This document shows positions 48,742 through 59,184 of a stretch of 60,377 nucleotides of DNA, piece after piece; within the stretch, counting starts at the first letter, position 1, and each line of letters opens with the position of its first letter. The position numbers and the translations under genes were made by a program. The notes beneath the pieces were generated by a model. The model was given only the letters and a program-made list of their open reading frames with translations. It had not been told where the DNA came from and made no database searches. Location: the IMG/VR virus record IMGVR_UViG_3300042519_000373, positions 62,001-122,377 of that record; one strand, written 5' to 3'. The stretch comes from an uncultured virus (IMG/VR IMGVR_UViG_3300042519_000373). Its lineage: Duplodnaviria; Heunggongvirae; Uroviricota; Caudoviricetes.

Positions 48742-49266
48742 TTATAACCTAAACAAACTTACTTGAGCACGCCAAGAAATTACATTAGTAGCAGTTAGTC
48801 CGGAAACATTATAGGCCTGTACTCTCACTCGATTGTCATAGATTGATGTATCTACAATGTCCCAGTTGGCATTATTGGTGCTACCGTTTTCAAATAAGCT
48901 CACAATTCCTGTACCTAACACATGACTGGTAGTGCTATTCCAGGTTACCATATAGCTACTTCCGGAATCCTGTGTATCAGTAGTTTGGTTCTCTGCTAGA
49001 ATATCTATGCTAGCACCTCTATATATTCTTTTATCAAATTCAAAAAGTTGCACAGCCGTAGAGTTGTCGCCCGGTAAGGTAAATGTGCCACCAAATGATT
49101 GTAGTTCAATTGCAGGCACTTCACCACTATCGCTGATAACAACAGATGACGTACTGGAACTTTGAACTTGTGAAAAGTTTTGATTAATTTTGTGGAATGC
49201 TACTCGGAGACTATCACCGTCTCCTTTGTTTGCACTTGTTCCAGTGTTGATGTATTGTAATGCCAT
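48742..49266 (-). CDS. Baseplate/tail-fibre connector-like protein
   Basis: N-terminal INTG..ANKGDGDSLRVAFHKINQNF, a gp9/gp10-type motif. Confidence 0.65.
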   Translation of the reverse strand: MALQYINTGTSANKGDGDSLRVAFHKINQNFSQVQSSSTSSVVISDSGEVPAIELQSFGGTFTLPGDNSTAVQLFEFDKRIYRGASIDILAENQTTDTQDSGSSYMVTWNSTTSHVLGTGIVSLFENGSTNNANWDIVDTSIYDNRVRVQAYNVSGLTATNVISWRAQVSLFRL

Positions 49267-52200
49267 TAAATTCTCCCTACTACAACTTCAATGACGCCAA
49301 TTGTTTGACTATCATAATCTTCTAATGCTTTGCCAATTACTGAACCCATTGCAGGATTCTTTTCAGCAGTTGCAACACCCGGAGCACCACTAGAAATTAA
49401 CATATCGCCTTTGCGTACTTTACCTACAACTTTACATGGAACACGACCAGTAAGTGCAATAAAGACGCCACCTTCTAGTTCGGCATTCATTTTGAACGCC
49501 GGATTAGTTGCAACCACGCCGGCGATCCTGCGGTCCATGAATTCTACCGCAGCAGTAACTTCTTTTGCACCGCCAAATACTACAACAGTACCTGGCTCAT
49601 AATGTGCATCTGGCAAATATTTTTCTGCCAAGTCACCGTATTTTGCATAGTAAGCAGTGCCATAAACTGTTCCAAACAAGTTATCACTTTGACCAATGTC
49701 GCCAGTTCCGTTAGTGCCGCTCTTTGTGATGCTCGGAACAGTCGGAGTACCGGTTATGTTACCGCTAAATGTTGCAGTAACGGTCCCTGCACTAAAATTG
49801 CCACTACCGTCTCTAAAGACCAGTGTACTTGCACTATTAGAACTTGTACCGTTTGAAGTAACGGTGAATGTTTGAGTTTCTCCTGTTGTGCTACCGCTTA
49901 GACCATATCCGCTAGTTGCACCAGTAGATACATAATCTCCAGTTGTATCAGTACCTAATGCAACACTATTGTTTGATATAGTAGTCACAATGTTGATACC
50001 ACCTGCACCAGAGAAACTAGCACTACCAGTAACATCACCGCTAAGTTGAATAGTTACCGCAGCATCTAAGCTCTGTGCAGTAGTTGCAGTACCTTGGAAT
50101 CTGTTCGCATAGACATTAACGTATCGCTTGCCATTTTCACCAATGTCGTATGTTAAGTTAGCACTAGGTTCTAACTTTTGAGTAACTAACGTACCTACCA
50201 TAGTGTCGCCACTGGTATTGATATAGTTTAGGTTAGCCCATTGTCTGTTAACAGCATCTTTATCAGCTGCTGGATCGGCCATATTAACAATACGGTTGTC
50301 GCCCATCTTGATAGTATCGAGCATTTCTAAAACGCCGCCACGATCTAAGAATCCATTACCGATTGGACTGACACCTGCGGTAGTATTGTTTCTGTTTAGG
50401 CCTAATCTACTATTAACATATGTTTGTATAGCACGTTCAGTTGGAACGCTGTTATTACTGTTGCCGCCTAACGTACCGTCTACGCTAAACACCTGTACAA
50501 GAGTCTGCCCACGTTTAAAGCTAATGCCATCAACGTTAGTTAAACTAATCGGAGCACTGATACTCACAGTACCGCGACCTTGGTCTACGCTGAAGAACTT
50601 ACCAACTTTAAAGTTACCGTCTTGGTCAGTAGTGGCATAGTATACACGACCTTTTCCTACCTCTTGAGTTTCTAATGCCGAGTCTGGAGGATTGCTTGGA
50701 GGGCCGTATAAATCGTTTGGATACTTACTGTCAGCATAGCCTCCTGTACCTACGTTCAACATGTCGTGTCCGGTAACACGCATTGTAGAAATACGTACAG
50801 TAATATCACCCGGTTGATTAGATGTAATACCTGCTTTTAATGCTGTAGCCAAAACTTGATGTTGTAATGTAGCACCATCACTAACTCTCTCAACAACAAT
50901 TTCTCCCCATTCATTATAAGTTTCGTCGCTGTTAATATAATCTGTAATTTTATACAAATTACCTGCATGACCAAATATATAATAGTAAGGAGTACTTGCA
51001 GTTAATCCCGCACCTATCCTTGCCTGATCATCTGCGTCAAGGTCTACAACTTTGATCCTGTTATTACCAGTTTCGCCATCTGGGTAAGCTGTTACAGTAG
51101 CTGTGGCAGATCCTCCAGTAATCGTGATATTACTAACACTGGTTCCGGCGTAGCCTGCACCCTGATTAGTTAAAATAACTTTAAAAATTTGTCCACTGCT
51201 GTTAGCCTTGCCGTAACCAACTGCCTGTGTTCCGGAGAATGTTAGGCCAGTACTGTTAGGCCATGTCCATGTTCGGTCAACTCTAATCTGTGTAGAACTA
51301 GAATTAACCCAAGTTACATAAGTTGCAGCACCGTTAGGATCAGCACCACCAGATGTTAAAGTTACACGACTACCTATCATTATAGTGCCGCTTGCACCAC
51401 TGATAGTAATTAAATCAGTATCTGTTGCAGTGCCATTAACTGATGCAGTTCCTGCGGTACTTGGTGCAGGAATTGTTGCAGTATAGTTTGTGGTAGTCGA
51501 ACCAAATCCAGCACCGCCGCTGGTAATTGTTAATTTGCCTAAGCCTTGTCTGTATAAACCGTTACTCTCAGTCCACGGAGTTAGGTTAATATAGTTGTAA
51601 GGAGTATCACTTTCTGCAAGTGCAGTATCTCCGCCAAGGTCTGAATATTTTAATACACGATATACGTATGTTGGATCTTCGTCTAAAGTCAATACAGTAC
51701 TAGGACGGCTTAATGTTGCTGCATTTACATCTAATAATTCTTGATTGTAGTATATGCGTAACGTGGCTTTCTCACCGTTTGCAATAGCTGCCCTTAGTCC
51801 CTGTCCTTGCCCGTCATCTAATGATAGAGAATACACGGTACTATCAAATGTATCTTGTACTGCACTCTTGACATTATAAAGGACAACAGTTCCACTATGG
51901 TTAACTTCAAGTTGACTTTGTGCAATAGGTGCATAAGACAACCCAGTTACATACAAGGTTGCATCTTCAGCTTTGTTTGTGTATGTGCCTGCTGCGGTAA
52001 TTGTGGCAATCTGGCTAGTAGAACGTTTGTTTCTAACTGCAATTGGAACCTCTGTTGGATCGCTCCCCTCTGACTTAAGACCATTTAGACCGTAGGAAGT
52101 AGAACCAGCAATACTACGACATTGAGCACCATTTAAAGAATAGTACGCACTATAGCAGTAGTAAGTAAACATGGAAACGTTTTCTACTAAACCGCCGTTA

Positions 52201-55200
52201 GTTGCAAAAATACCGTAGCCTAAGTCGTTGATCTGTGTGAAGTCGTTAGCCAACATACTTCTATTACCAGCTGTGATTAATGTGATCTCGCTTGGTAAAG
52301 GATGTGCTGCGGTAACAATGAATCCAGGTTTAACTGTGGCCACATATGCTAACCCAGTACCAAATGTTACTGCCGGATCTGAATTATAGCCGCTGCCTGC
52401 TGTTCCAATAGTAATTGCAGTAATTGTACCATTGCCGTCTACACTGGCCACTGTTGCGGCAGCACTTGTACCACCGGAACTTGGGAAATTAATAACTGTG
52501 CCAACTGCGTATCCAACACCACCGTCGATAATTTCGTAACCAGTAATTGCACCTGAACTATTTCTAGTCCAACTAATTCGAGCACCACCAATAACAATAT
52601 TTGGGCAACCTTGAGTAGTTCCGAACGTGAATAATCCGTTTGTATACCCTGATCCTGGGAAGGATACAGAAACACTAGATACATTACCCGAAACTCCAAT
52701 CACCGCAGTACCTGTTGCATTTAGACCACCTGCCTGTGTCGGAGCACTGAATCTTACAGGTACTGTTCCTGCGTTAGCTTTAAATCCTGTAGCAATGTTT
52801 CCTGCATTAGTAATAGTGGCAATACCACCTGGACGTAACGGATTTAAGTTTAAACTACCTGTACCGTTTGTTGGATTAAAGTTACTAACAAAGCTGACTT
52901 CGTATGTAACACCGCTATGAACAAAGAAGCAAGGCACTTGGGGACGAATATATCCTTCACCAGGCACAACACTCGGACGTCCAATGCTGCCAGTAGTCAA
53001 TGCTGAATTAATTCTTACTGGATAGCCTGTTCCTGATGCAGTAGTAATGCTAGCAGGAGTCATCTTAGTATTGCCGGAGAATCCGTCAATAAACATACCA
53101 CCTGCAAATACGTGCCTGTTCTTGCTCTTAGAGAAGCTAGAAGCAGTTTGAGTATATGGGGACTTGGCAAGAATTTGACCGTCTGGGTCAAGTACTTTCA
53201 TGAAGCCGCCGTGTCCTTGACAACTAATATATCGATTAATTGTTGCATCGTTCATCAAGAACACATCCATTTGATCGTTATACTTGGGAGGATTAAAATC
53301 AGGATCGTTGTTGACAATGCGTGAGCAGGCCTGCACTAAGTCTGCTAAGATTAAATCAGACCCACTACTAACTAGTGTACCACCAACTGGGTCAGTGAAC
53401 ACTTGATCTTCGACCGCTTGATAAGAAGTAACAGGTTGTTGATTCTTAATAATTCGTTGACCAATAGTGTTAATATAGTTAATAGCCGCAACAGTCTCTG
53501 CTAGTTGGGATCCTTTAACTACTGCAACATTTCGATAGCTATCGCCTGCATTAATAGTTCTATTATTTCCACCGTTAGTTAAATCGTATGCAATTGAATC
53601 AACAATAATACCGATGTCTCTTGCACATTTATCTTCATCAAATACAAAACTAGGGTATGTAGCATTTAGGAAGCCAATACATTCTGCTTTGATAAATTCT
53701 CGGTTGTCTAGTAGAATAGAACCGGCATTATTATAACCACCACTGTTAGTCTGAGTAGTTAATGTGTTAACTGGACGACTAGCATCTCTTAGGTAATGAT
53801 ATCCGTATTTGAACGGTTCATATATATGCCATGCACCGTAAGCAATAGTATTGCCTACTGTATAATTGTAAGCACTCTTTTCAAAATTAACTTCGTTCTG
53901 TGCTAGAGAAACTGCAAAAGTATTGCTACTTACGGCTCGAACTTCACCTTGTGCAGAAACTGCACCGGTAGTTTTGAAAATCTTTCCAATCCAATTGGTG
54001 CTAACAACTCCTGCATCTACAGTAACAGTAACAGTTTGTGTAACTGAGTCATTATCAGTTGAGCTGATAGTAATACCTGCTGCACTTGCATAATCAGTTG
54101 CAGTGTTTAATTGTGTTACAATAATACCGTCAATTTGGGCATCTCTAAAGAAGTATGTATTAGCCCATTTAGAACTACTAATACCTGGAAGTCTTGTACC
54201 TTCTAAAGGTGCAGGTTTAATAACACTTCGGCGGAATTCATCACCACGGATAGAACAGTTTTCCGGAACCTTAATTGGGTATTGATCGTTATGCTCACCC
54301 GACTCTACCATAATAGTAGATTGATTCTTGTTCTGTTTTTGGCCCCATTGTAGCTCTTCGTTTAATTCAAAGTCGGCAGCATAGACGTGCCACTTATCAT
54401 AGTCAACAACATCGCCATTTTGTAATCCGAGACCATCTCTAAACTCAACAACAATAGTGTCTCTAACGTTTTGATCGTCGTCTAGTTCTTGAATAATTCG
54501 AGAAATATATCCATAGCTTATGACACCGTAACTAGAATTAGTGATGACAAATTTGTAACCAATCCAAAAATCTGGAATGTCAATGCTGTCTGCTACGTCT
54601 AATAAGAACGCTACTTCGGTAATTTCACCACCACTGGTTACATACGCATTATAGCTGAACGGCTCTGGTTCAACTGCCATACGATATGGTTTAGCGTAAT
54701 CAACTGGAGTAATATCATAGTATTCATAGCCATTCACGTCATCGAGTGTAATAGCTTCAACTAGACCTACTGCTTCACTGCTTGCACCAATGATGTAGTT
54801 TCCTGGGAAAATACTTTTATTAATAAAGGGATCTGATCCAATATTAAAACTAGCTGGATCTAGTGTTAATCTTAAGCGGATACCAAAAGAGCTAGTGTCT
54901 AGCAATGTACTAGTGGTTATGTTAGTAACAACAGGATTTGCTGTGCCGTTACTCATCGAAACAGTTTTTTGGTACGGTCCTAGTACAATTTGACTTGCTG
55001 CAATAAATTGTTCTGCTGCTTCTGCGGCACGATTAACAGTTTTAAATGCATAGGCAAAGGCCCGCCCACGTTTATAGCTAGGTAAAGAATACTGATGATC
55101 GTCACCACTTAAACTAACAAAGAAGTTTTGGCGACTTGCAAAACCACTGTTGTCAACAAGTTCGTCAACATATCCTTTGTTAACAATGTGAGTAGAACTT

Positions 55201-55751
55201 GTAGGACTTACTAATAATTCAACATTATCCCGAATCGTACTCATTCCGTCATATATGCTCTCACTTACACTAGTGTTATCATATCTAGTAATACCGTCAC
55301 GGTTAACAAAGTTCTCATAAACCCACTTACGACTAACTGCATCCCAATCTGCATGTGGACCTGTGTTATCCATGTTAATGATACTAAATGCATTCTCACC
55401 GCTGATGTCTGCTGCTAGTGTTGGATTCTTATCACTTGATAGGCTAGATGCAGTATTAACGATCCTGATTTCAGTTGAACTTGTAACAAAGTCAATGTTA
55501 ATACCTGTGCCAGCTACTAAAATTTTATTAAGAAATTTATTACCTTCTGCGTTAACTTGTAAAATAGCATTGGGTCTTAATGTGCTAGGAGCTTCCTTTA
55601 GTCTTAAAAAGCTGAATCCAGCACCAAAACCTAACAATGTATAGATGTCTGTAAAGTTAGAGTTAACTTTCTGAAAAGCTGCATAGACGCTGTCGCCTGT
55701 TCCATCGTTTGGTTCGCTACCGATATTGATAATCTGTTGATTTAGTGGCAT
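49266..55751 (-). CDS. 2161-aa baseplate/tail fibre protein
   Basis: N-terminal INIGSEPNDGTGDSVYAAFQKVNSNF; GDEFRRSVI, KCARDIGII, GSGY repeats; C-terminal YGDLAEKY domain. Confidence 0.78.
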   Translation of the reverse strand: MPLNQQIINIGSEPNDGTGDSVYAAFQKVNSNFTDIYTLLGFGAGFSFLRLKEAPSTLRPNAILQVNAEGNKFLNKILVAGTGINIDFVTSSTEIRIVNTASSLSSDKNPTLAADISGENAFSIINMDNTGPHADWDAVSRKWVYENFVNRDGITRYDNTSVSESIYDGMSTIRDNVELLVSPTSSTHIVNKGYVDELVDNSGFASRQNFFVSLSGDDHQYSLPSYKRGRAFAYAFKTVNRAAEAAEQFIAASQIVLGPYQKTVSMSNGTANPVVTNITTSTLLDTSSFGIRLRLTLDPASFNIGSDPFINKSIFPGNYIIGASSEAVGLVEAITLDDVNGYEYYDITPVDYAKPYRMAVEPEPFSYNAYVTSGGEITEVAFLLDVADSIDIPDFWIGYKFVITNSSYGVISYGYISRIIQELDDDQNVRDTIVVEFRDGLGLQNGDVVDYDKWHVYAADFELNEELQWGQKQNKNQSTIMVESGEHNDQYPIKVPENCSIRGDEFRRSVIKPAPLEGTRLPGISSSKWANTYFFRDAQIDGIIVTQLNTATDYASAAGITISSTDNDSVTQTVTVTVDAGVVSTNWIGKIFKTTGAVSAQGEVRAVSSNTFAVSLAQNEVNFEKSAYNYTVGNTIAYGAWHIYEPFKYGYHYLRDASRPVNTLTTQTNSGGYNNAGSILLDNREFIKAECIGFLNATYPSFVFDEDKCARDIGIIVDSIAYDLTNGGNNRTINAGDSYRNVAVVKGSQLAETVAAINYINTIGQRIIKNQQPVTSYQAVEDQVFTDPVGGTLVSSGSDLILADLVQACSRIVNNDPDFNPPKYNDQMDVFLMNDATINRYISCQGHGGFMKVLDPDGQILAKSPYTQTASSFSKSKNRHVFAGGMFIDGFSGNTKMTPASITTASGTGYPVRINSALTTGSIGRPSVVPGEGYIRPQVPCFFVHSGVTYEVSFVSNFNPTNGTGSLNLNPLRPGGIATITNAGNIATGFKANAGTVPVRFSAPTQAGGLNATGTAVIGVSGNVSSVSVSFPGSGYTNGLFTFGTTQGCPNIVIGGARISWTRNSSGAITGYEIIDGGVGYAVGTVINFPSSGGTSAAATVASVDGNGTITAITIGTAGSGYNSDPAVTFGTGLAYVATVKPGFIVTAAHPLPSEITLITAGNRSMLANDFTQINDLGYGIFATNGGLVENVSMFTYYCYSAYYSLNGAQCRSIAGSTSYGLNGLKSEGSDPTEVPIAVRNKRSTSQIATITAAGTYTNKAEDATLYVTGLSYAPIAQSQLEVNHSGTVVLYNVKSAVQDTFDSTVYSLSLDDGQGQGLRAAIANGEKATLRIYYNQELLDVNAATLSRPSTVLTLDEDPTYVYRVLKYSDLGGDTALAESDTPYNYINLTPWTESNGLYRQGLGKLTITSGGAGFGSTTTNYTATIPAPSTAGTASVNGTATDTDLITISGASGTIMIGSRVTLTSGGADPNGAATYVTWVNSSSTQIRVDRTWTWPNSTGLTFSGTQAVGYGKANSSGQIFKVILTNQGAGYAGTSVSNITITGGSATATVTAYPDGETGNNRIKVVDLDADDQARIGAGLTASTPYYYIFGHAGNLYKITDYINSDETYNEWGEIVVERVSDGATLQHQVLATALKAGITSNQPGDITVRISTMRVTGHDMLNVGTGGYADSKYPNDLYGPPSNPPDSALETQEVGKGRVYYATTDQDGNFKVGKFFSVDQGRGTVSISAPISLTNVDGISFKRGQTLVQVFSVDGTLGGNSNNSVPTERAIQTYVNSRLGLNRNNTTAGVSPIGNGFLDRGGVLEMLDTIKMGDNRIVNMADPAADKDAVNRQWANLNYINTSGDTMVGTLVTQKLEPSANLTYDIGENGKRYVNVYANRFQGTATTAQSLDAAVTIQLSGDVTGSASFSGAGGINIVTTISNNSVALGTDTTGDYVSTGATSGYGLSGSTTGETQTFTVTSNGTSSNSASTLVFRDGSGNFSAGTVTATFSGNITGTPTVPSITKSGTNGTGDIGQSDNLFGTVYGTAYYAKYGDLAEKYLPDAHYEPGTVVVFGGAKEVTAAVEFMDRRIAGVVATNPAFKMNAELEGGVFIALTGRVPCKVVGKVRKGDMLISSGAPGVATAEKNPAMGSVIGKALEDYDSQTIGVIEVVVGRI

Positions 55752-55912
55752 AATTTCCTCTGTACTACACCATATTTATTCTGGTAAAATTCTGTCAAAA
55801 TAACAGCAGGTAGTATTCTACAAGTATTTATTTTAAGTTACTCAAAGGGTGTTAAATGAAATTCCTGTAATAGTAAATAAAGTATCGAGTTAATACTTTT
55901 AAGGAGATATCG

Positions 55913-56257
55913 ATGTTTAAAACAATTAAAGAATTCTTCCTAGGCAAGCCAGTTGAAACACCGGCAGCACCCAAGGTTGAAGAAACAAAGCCTGTACATG
56001 CAAATGATGTGGTACTACAACCGGTAGTTGAGGAAGTGCAACCAGTAGTAGAAGCTAAGGTTGATCCGGTTTCAGTCGCATTAGATTTAGAACCAATGGA
56101 TTTTGCAACCGCTACTACTCCGGTAACTGCTAAGACGCCGCGTAAACCACGTGCTCCTAAAGCTGTGGTTGCAACTCCGGCAAAAGCCACAAAGCCTAAA
56201 GCAGAAAAAACTGCACCAAAAAAGGTAGCAGTAATTAAAGCAAAGAAGGTAAAATAA
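55913..56257 (+). CDS. Small protein with an acidic middle and a K/A/P-rich (histone H1-like) tail
   Basis: SD AAGGAG; tail KTPRKPRAPKAVVATPAKATKPKAEKTAPKK. Confidence 0.7.
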   Translation: MFKTIKEFFLGKPVETPAAPKVEETKPVHANDVVLQPVVEEVQPVVEAKVDPVSVALDLEPMDFATATTPVTAKTPRKPRAPKAVVATPAKATKPKAEKTAPKKVAVIKAKKVK

Positions 56258-56282
56258 AAAAGGGCTCCGAGAGCCCTTTTTT
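56256..56282. terminator. Bidirectional intrinsic terminator
   Basis: aaaaaagggctc-cga-gagccctttttt between convergent genes. Confidence 0.85.
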
Positions 56283-57297
56283 AATTGGTTAAACTGTAAT
56301 CGTACAGTGTTTTAGAAGCTAGGTTTTTAGCTTTAGACTCGCACATAATGTCAAAGTCTTTTCTAAAAGTCAATGCCCAATCATTAACAGACTTGTTCCA
56401 ATAGAAGTTGCTGTGTGCTCGCATCTTCTGTTTTTTGTAGCCGTTCTCTAGCAATAATGCATGATCAGGTAACGTAATTGGACAATGCCCTATTAACACA
56501 TCTTCTCGGCTGACTGAATAATGAATAACAGGACGAACGCCACGCCACGATTCAATCACACGCTGACATCTATCGTCGGTGGCTTGAATGTAGTCTCCTG
56601 TACGGATCCAGTGGTGGTGTATATCAAGTACGAGGGCACAATGTTTTGCGAGTTCGATACTTGAGTCGATTCCCCAACAGTTTTCGTCGTTTTCGATTGT
56701 GATGCAGTTTCTTGCTTCTGGGGATAACTTTCCCAATGCGTCAATGATGCCTTCGGGGCCGCGTTTACCCGAGATGTGAACATTGATTTTAAGATCTTGG
56801 AAGGTCTTACCGAATCCCATCCAGCGGGCCATATCCACATGATATTCAAACTCCTCAATTGAACGTTCTACAATGCCGGGATTTTCACTAGCCAGCACAG
56901 TAAACTGACCAGGATGAAATGACAAGCGAACGTTATTAGTGCGAGCCAAAGCACCCACTTGGGCGAAGTGCTTTTCCGCATAAGCACGAACGTCTGGTAG
57001 ACGCCAAAAGTAGCTATAATCAGGTTGGGTATAGACAGGAAGTATATCACTGCTAATACGTACCATTCGGAGAGATTCATCAAGTGTGCCTACTTTTTCT
57101 ACTAGTTTGCGTACAGCTTCAATGTTGCCTTTCATTAGGTCCCACAGTTTTTCTTCTGCTACCTGTTGGCTTTGACGTTTGAGCCATGCCACAGTAGTAG
57201 AACCTGTGTTGTATTGTTTAGCATCGTCTGTAGGCTTAATACCGTCAATTTGTGCAGGATTATCAATCCATTTACATGCAAACCCAATCTTACCCAT
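56281..57297 (-). CDS. uvsE: UV-damage endonuclease
   Basis: KIGFACK, RISSDILP, RLSFHPGQF, INVH, TIENDE, LDIHHH, HYS, AHS, MCESKAKNLA; start MGKIG at 57297. Confidence 0.9.
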   Translation of the reverse strand: MGKIGFACKWIDNPAQIDGIKPTDDAKQYNTGSTTVAWLKRQSQQVAEEKLWDLMKGNIEAVRKLVEKVGTLDESLRMVRISSDILPVYTQPDYSYFWRLPDVRAYAEKHFAQVGALARTNNVRLSFHPGQFTVLASENPGIVERSIEEFEYHVDMARWMGFGKTFQDLKINVHISGKRGPEGIIDALGKLSPEARNCITIENDENCWGIDSSIELAKHCALVLDIHHHWIRTGDYIQATDDRCQRVIESWRGVRPVIHYSVSREDVLIGHCPITLPDHALLLENGYKKQKMRAHSNFYWNKSVNDWALTFRKDFDIMCESKAKNLASKTLYDYSLTN

Positions 57298-57298
57298 T

Positions 57299-57469
57299 TT
57301 ATTCTTTCTTAGAAAGTGAAAAACCACTGTCGTTATAATCTTTCCAAACTAGTACATCACCGTAGTCCCACCCCATTTGAGCCAATAGATCAGGAGGGAA
57401 AGGCATCATTAATTTTCCAGGATGCTCCGGATCTCCCTCTAGAGTAACAACCTGGCTAGTATCAGTCAT
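57299..57469 (-). CDS. Small AbrB/MazE-like protein (56 aa, not in the ORF track)
   Basis: MTDTSQVVTLEGDPEHPGKLMMPFPPDLLAQMGWDYGDVLVWKDYNDSGFSLSKKE; paralogous to the N-terminus of the upstream gene. Confidence 0.65.
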   Translation of the reverse strand: MTDTSQVVTLEGDPEHPGKLMMPFPPDLLAQMGWDYGDVLVWKDYNDSGFSLSKKE

Positions 57470-57932
57470 TTACTTGTTCTTTCCAAGTTGTAAAAAAGTT
57501 TTTGATTTTTGTATCTTCATCCCAAGAAGTACCATAGTCGTTGTCTTTATCGCACAACGCCAGTGCTTCTTCCTTAGTAACAACACGATGAGACACAATT
57601 TGTTCGCCGATATGTTCTTGGCTAAATTCTTTAGCTTCGTTCATTGTTACAGTATCTAATGCCCATAGAGTTTTATCTTTACCGTACTGGTCTACACCTA
57701 CTGGCACTTCAACCATATAGCGTTCACGAAATGTGCTAACACATTCAACTAGCACCCATTGAGTTGGTTCTTTCTTTTTAAGTTCCCAAGAACCGTCTTT
57801 ACGATCAATCCACTCTATCGTGTCCCCTTCTTTCCATCCTGCCTTCTCTAGCAGTTCTGGAGGGAACATTAGGATAGCATCTCCTGTTGCGGGATCTTCT
57901 TCTATATTAAGTGTCCAGTGTTTCTGTTCCAT
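57462..57932 (-). CDS. Protein with an N-terminal AbrB-like domain
   Basis: EEDPATGDAILMFPPELLEKAGWKEGDTIEW. Confidence 0.65.
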   Translation of the reverse strand: MEQKHWTLNIEEDPATGDAILMFPPELLEKAGWKEGDTIEWIDRKDGSWELKKKEPTQWVLVECVSTFRERYMVEVPVGVDQYGKDKTLWALDTVTMNEAKEFSQEHIGEQIVSHRVVTKEEALALCDKDNDYGTSWDEDTKIKNFFTTWKEQVND

Positions 57933-58215
57933 GATCTATTAATTTAACGGTTAGTACACGCATAGTTTTGAAACTACGCCATTCTTGTTTGTCTGTATCA
58001 AAAACCGGAACGGTTTCTAAATCTAGCAGACGGGTTTGATGATGTTCGCGAATTGCTTCACTAGGCATCCAATCTTTATGAAGCGTACACTTCATGACTC
58101 GAAGCTCGCCACTTACTTTAGTAAACTCAACTTCACAAACACCTTGATAGAGGATGTCTTTAATAACTTGATACTGTGTTTCCACAGGGTTAGAGGTACC
58201 TGCAAAGTCAATCAC
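57907..58215 (-). CDS. WYL_2/SH3-like phage protein
   Basis: VEFTKVSGELRVMKCTL...VPVFDTDKQEWRSF. Confidence 0.65.
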   Translation of the reverse strand: MIDFAGTSNPVETQYQVIKDILYQGVCEVEFTKVSGELRVMKCTLHKDWMPSEAIREHHQTRLLDLETVPVFDTDKQEWRSFKTMRVLTVKLIDHGTETLDT

Positions 58216-58394
58216 ATTCTCACCTTTGAAAATTTATAGTTAACGTATACAAGAGCAAAGTTAACAAGTGCCCAAATGTAGTTACCGCGAGCAATACTAT
58301 CAATGCCGGCAAAAGTCAGCCATCCAATAATAAACCAAGTAATTTGATCTTGATTATAAATGTACCAATTACGAAATGAATTCCACATAAACAC
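58212..58394 (-). CDS. Small membrane protein
   Basis: Two hydrophobic segments; first gene after a promoter. Confidence 0.6.
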   Translation of the reverse strand: MFMWNSFRNWYIYNQDQITWFIIGWLTFAGIDSIARGNYIWALVNFALVYVNYKFSKVRM

Positions 58395-58411
58395 CTTTCT
58401 AGTAATATCTT

Positions 58412-58440
58412 ATTGTACAGGATTTATGTAGCATTGTCAA
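58412..58440 (-). promoter_or_regulatory. Sigma70-type promoter
   Basis: TTGACA-17 nt-TACAAT. Confidence 0.7.
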
Positions 58441-58611
58441 TCACCAATGTCTAATAACACCAGCAATAATGAACAAATTGGTTATCATGTACACAGATAC
58501 AATTAGTGTACGAATAAGGGCAATACGATCAGCTTCTCGATCAGTATCGCCCATTTTTTCACCTAGGGCCTTGGCCCAAAGTCTCCATACTTTACGCAAA
58601 TAGATCTTCAT
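58441..58611 (-). CDS. Small membrane protein
   Basis: WRLWAKALGEK...ADRIALIRT...NLFIIAGVIRHW; exact start uncertain. Confidence 0.6.
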   Translation of the reverse strand: MKIYLRKVWRLWAKALGEKMGDTDREADRIALIRTLIVSVYMITNLFIIAGVIRHW

Positions 58612-59098
58612 TCCATTCACGATGACCTTCACGGAATGCCATGTTACTTTGGGTTTCACGTACTTCTACACGATAACACCAAAGACGTTTGCTTTCACCG
58701 TCACCCCACATGTCTGGAATGTAAACACCATTCACATACTTGTACAGCATATCGCTCAGTGCTTCGCAACCTAATGCTGGCAGTATTGTTAGCTTTGCTA
58801 ACTTACGGCGTTCCATCTCTTTATAGAATTCTAGTTCTGGATCGTCGGCACTAACTAGGGTAGTGTGATCAAATTGATCTTCTAAGATTTTTTTAAGTTC
58901 TTTTAAGCCACCGTAGTCAGCCGCCCAATTACGAACGTCTAGGTCGTTAGTTCCAAAATAGAACTTCATTGAAAAACTGTATCCGTGATTTAGGTTACAG
59001 TGACTATCGGCTCTCCATTGGCGATATGCACATGGAAAAGCATCGTGATACTCTTTTGTCGAGGTGTACTTATATTGTACGGGTTGTAGATTTGCCAT
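58592..59098 (-). CDS. queD: 6-carboxy-5,6,7,8-tetrahydropterin synthase
   Basis: SHCNLNHGYS (CxxxHG), DYGGLK, FDHT, GCE, VEVRET; SD AAGGAG. Confidence 0.9.
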   Translation of the reverse strand: MANLQPVQYKYTSTKEYHDAFPCAYRQWRADSHCNLNHGYSFSMKFYFGTNDLDVRNWAADYGGLKELKKILEDQFDHTTLVSADDPELEFYKEMERRKLAKLTILPALGCEALSDMLYKYVNGVYIPDMWGDGESKRLWCYRVEVRETQSNMAFREGHREWNEDLFA

Positions 59099-59105
59099 CT
59101 CTAGT

Positions 59106-59178
59106 CTCCTTTGTAAGGTAGCAAGTTTGACGACATGCAGAATTTATAAAGCGGGGTGAAAGTCGTTAAAGACCGCTA
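59106..59178 (-). ncRNA. Candidate structured 5' leader (H-type pseudoknot) of queD
   Basis: AGCGG/CCGCT stem; loop ACGAC complementary to downstream GTCGT; begins at the predicted transcription start. Confidence 0.45.
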
Positions 59179-59184
59179 GTAACT

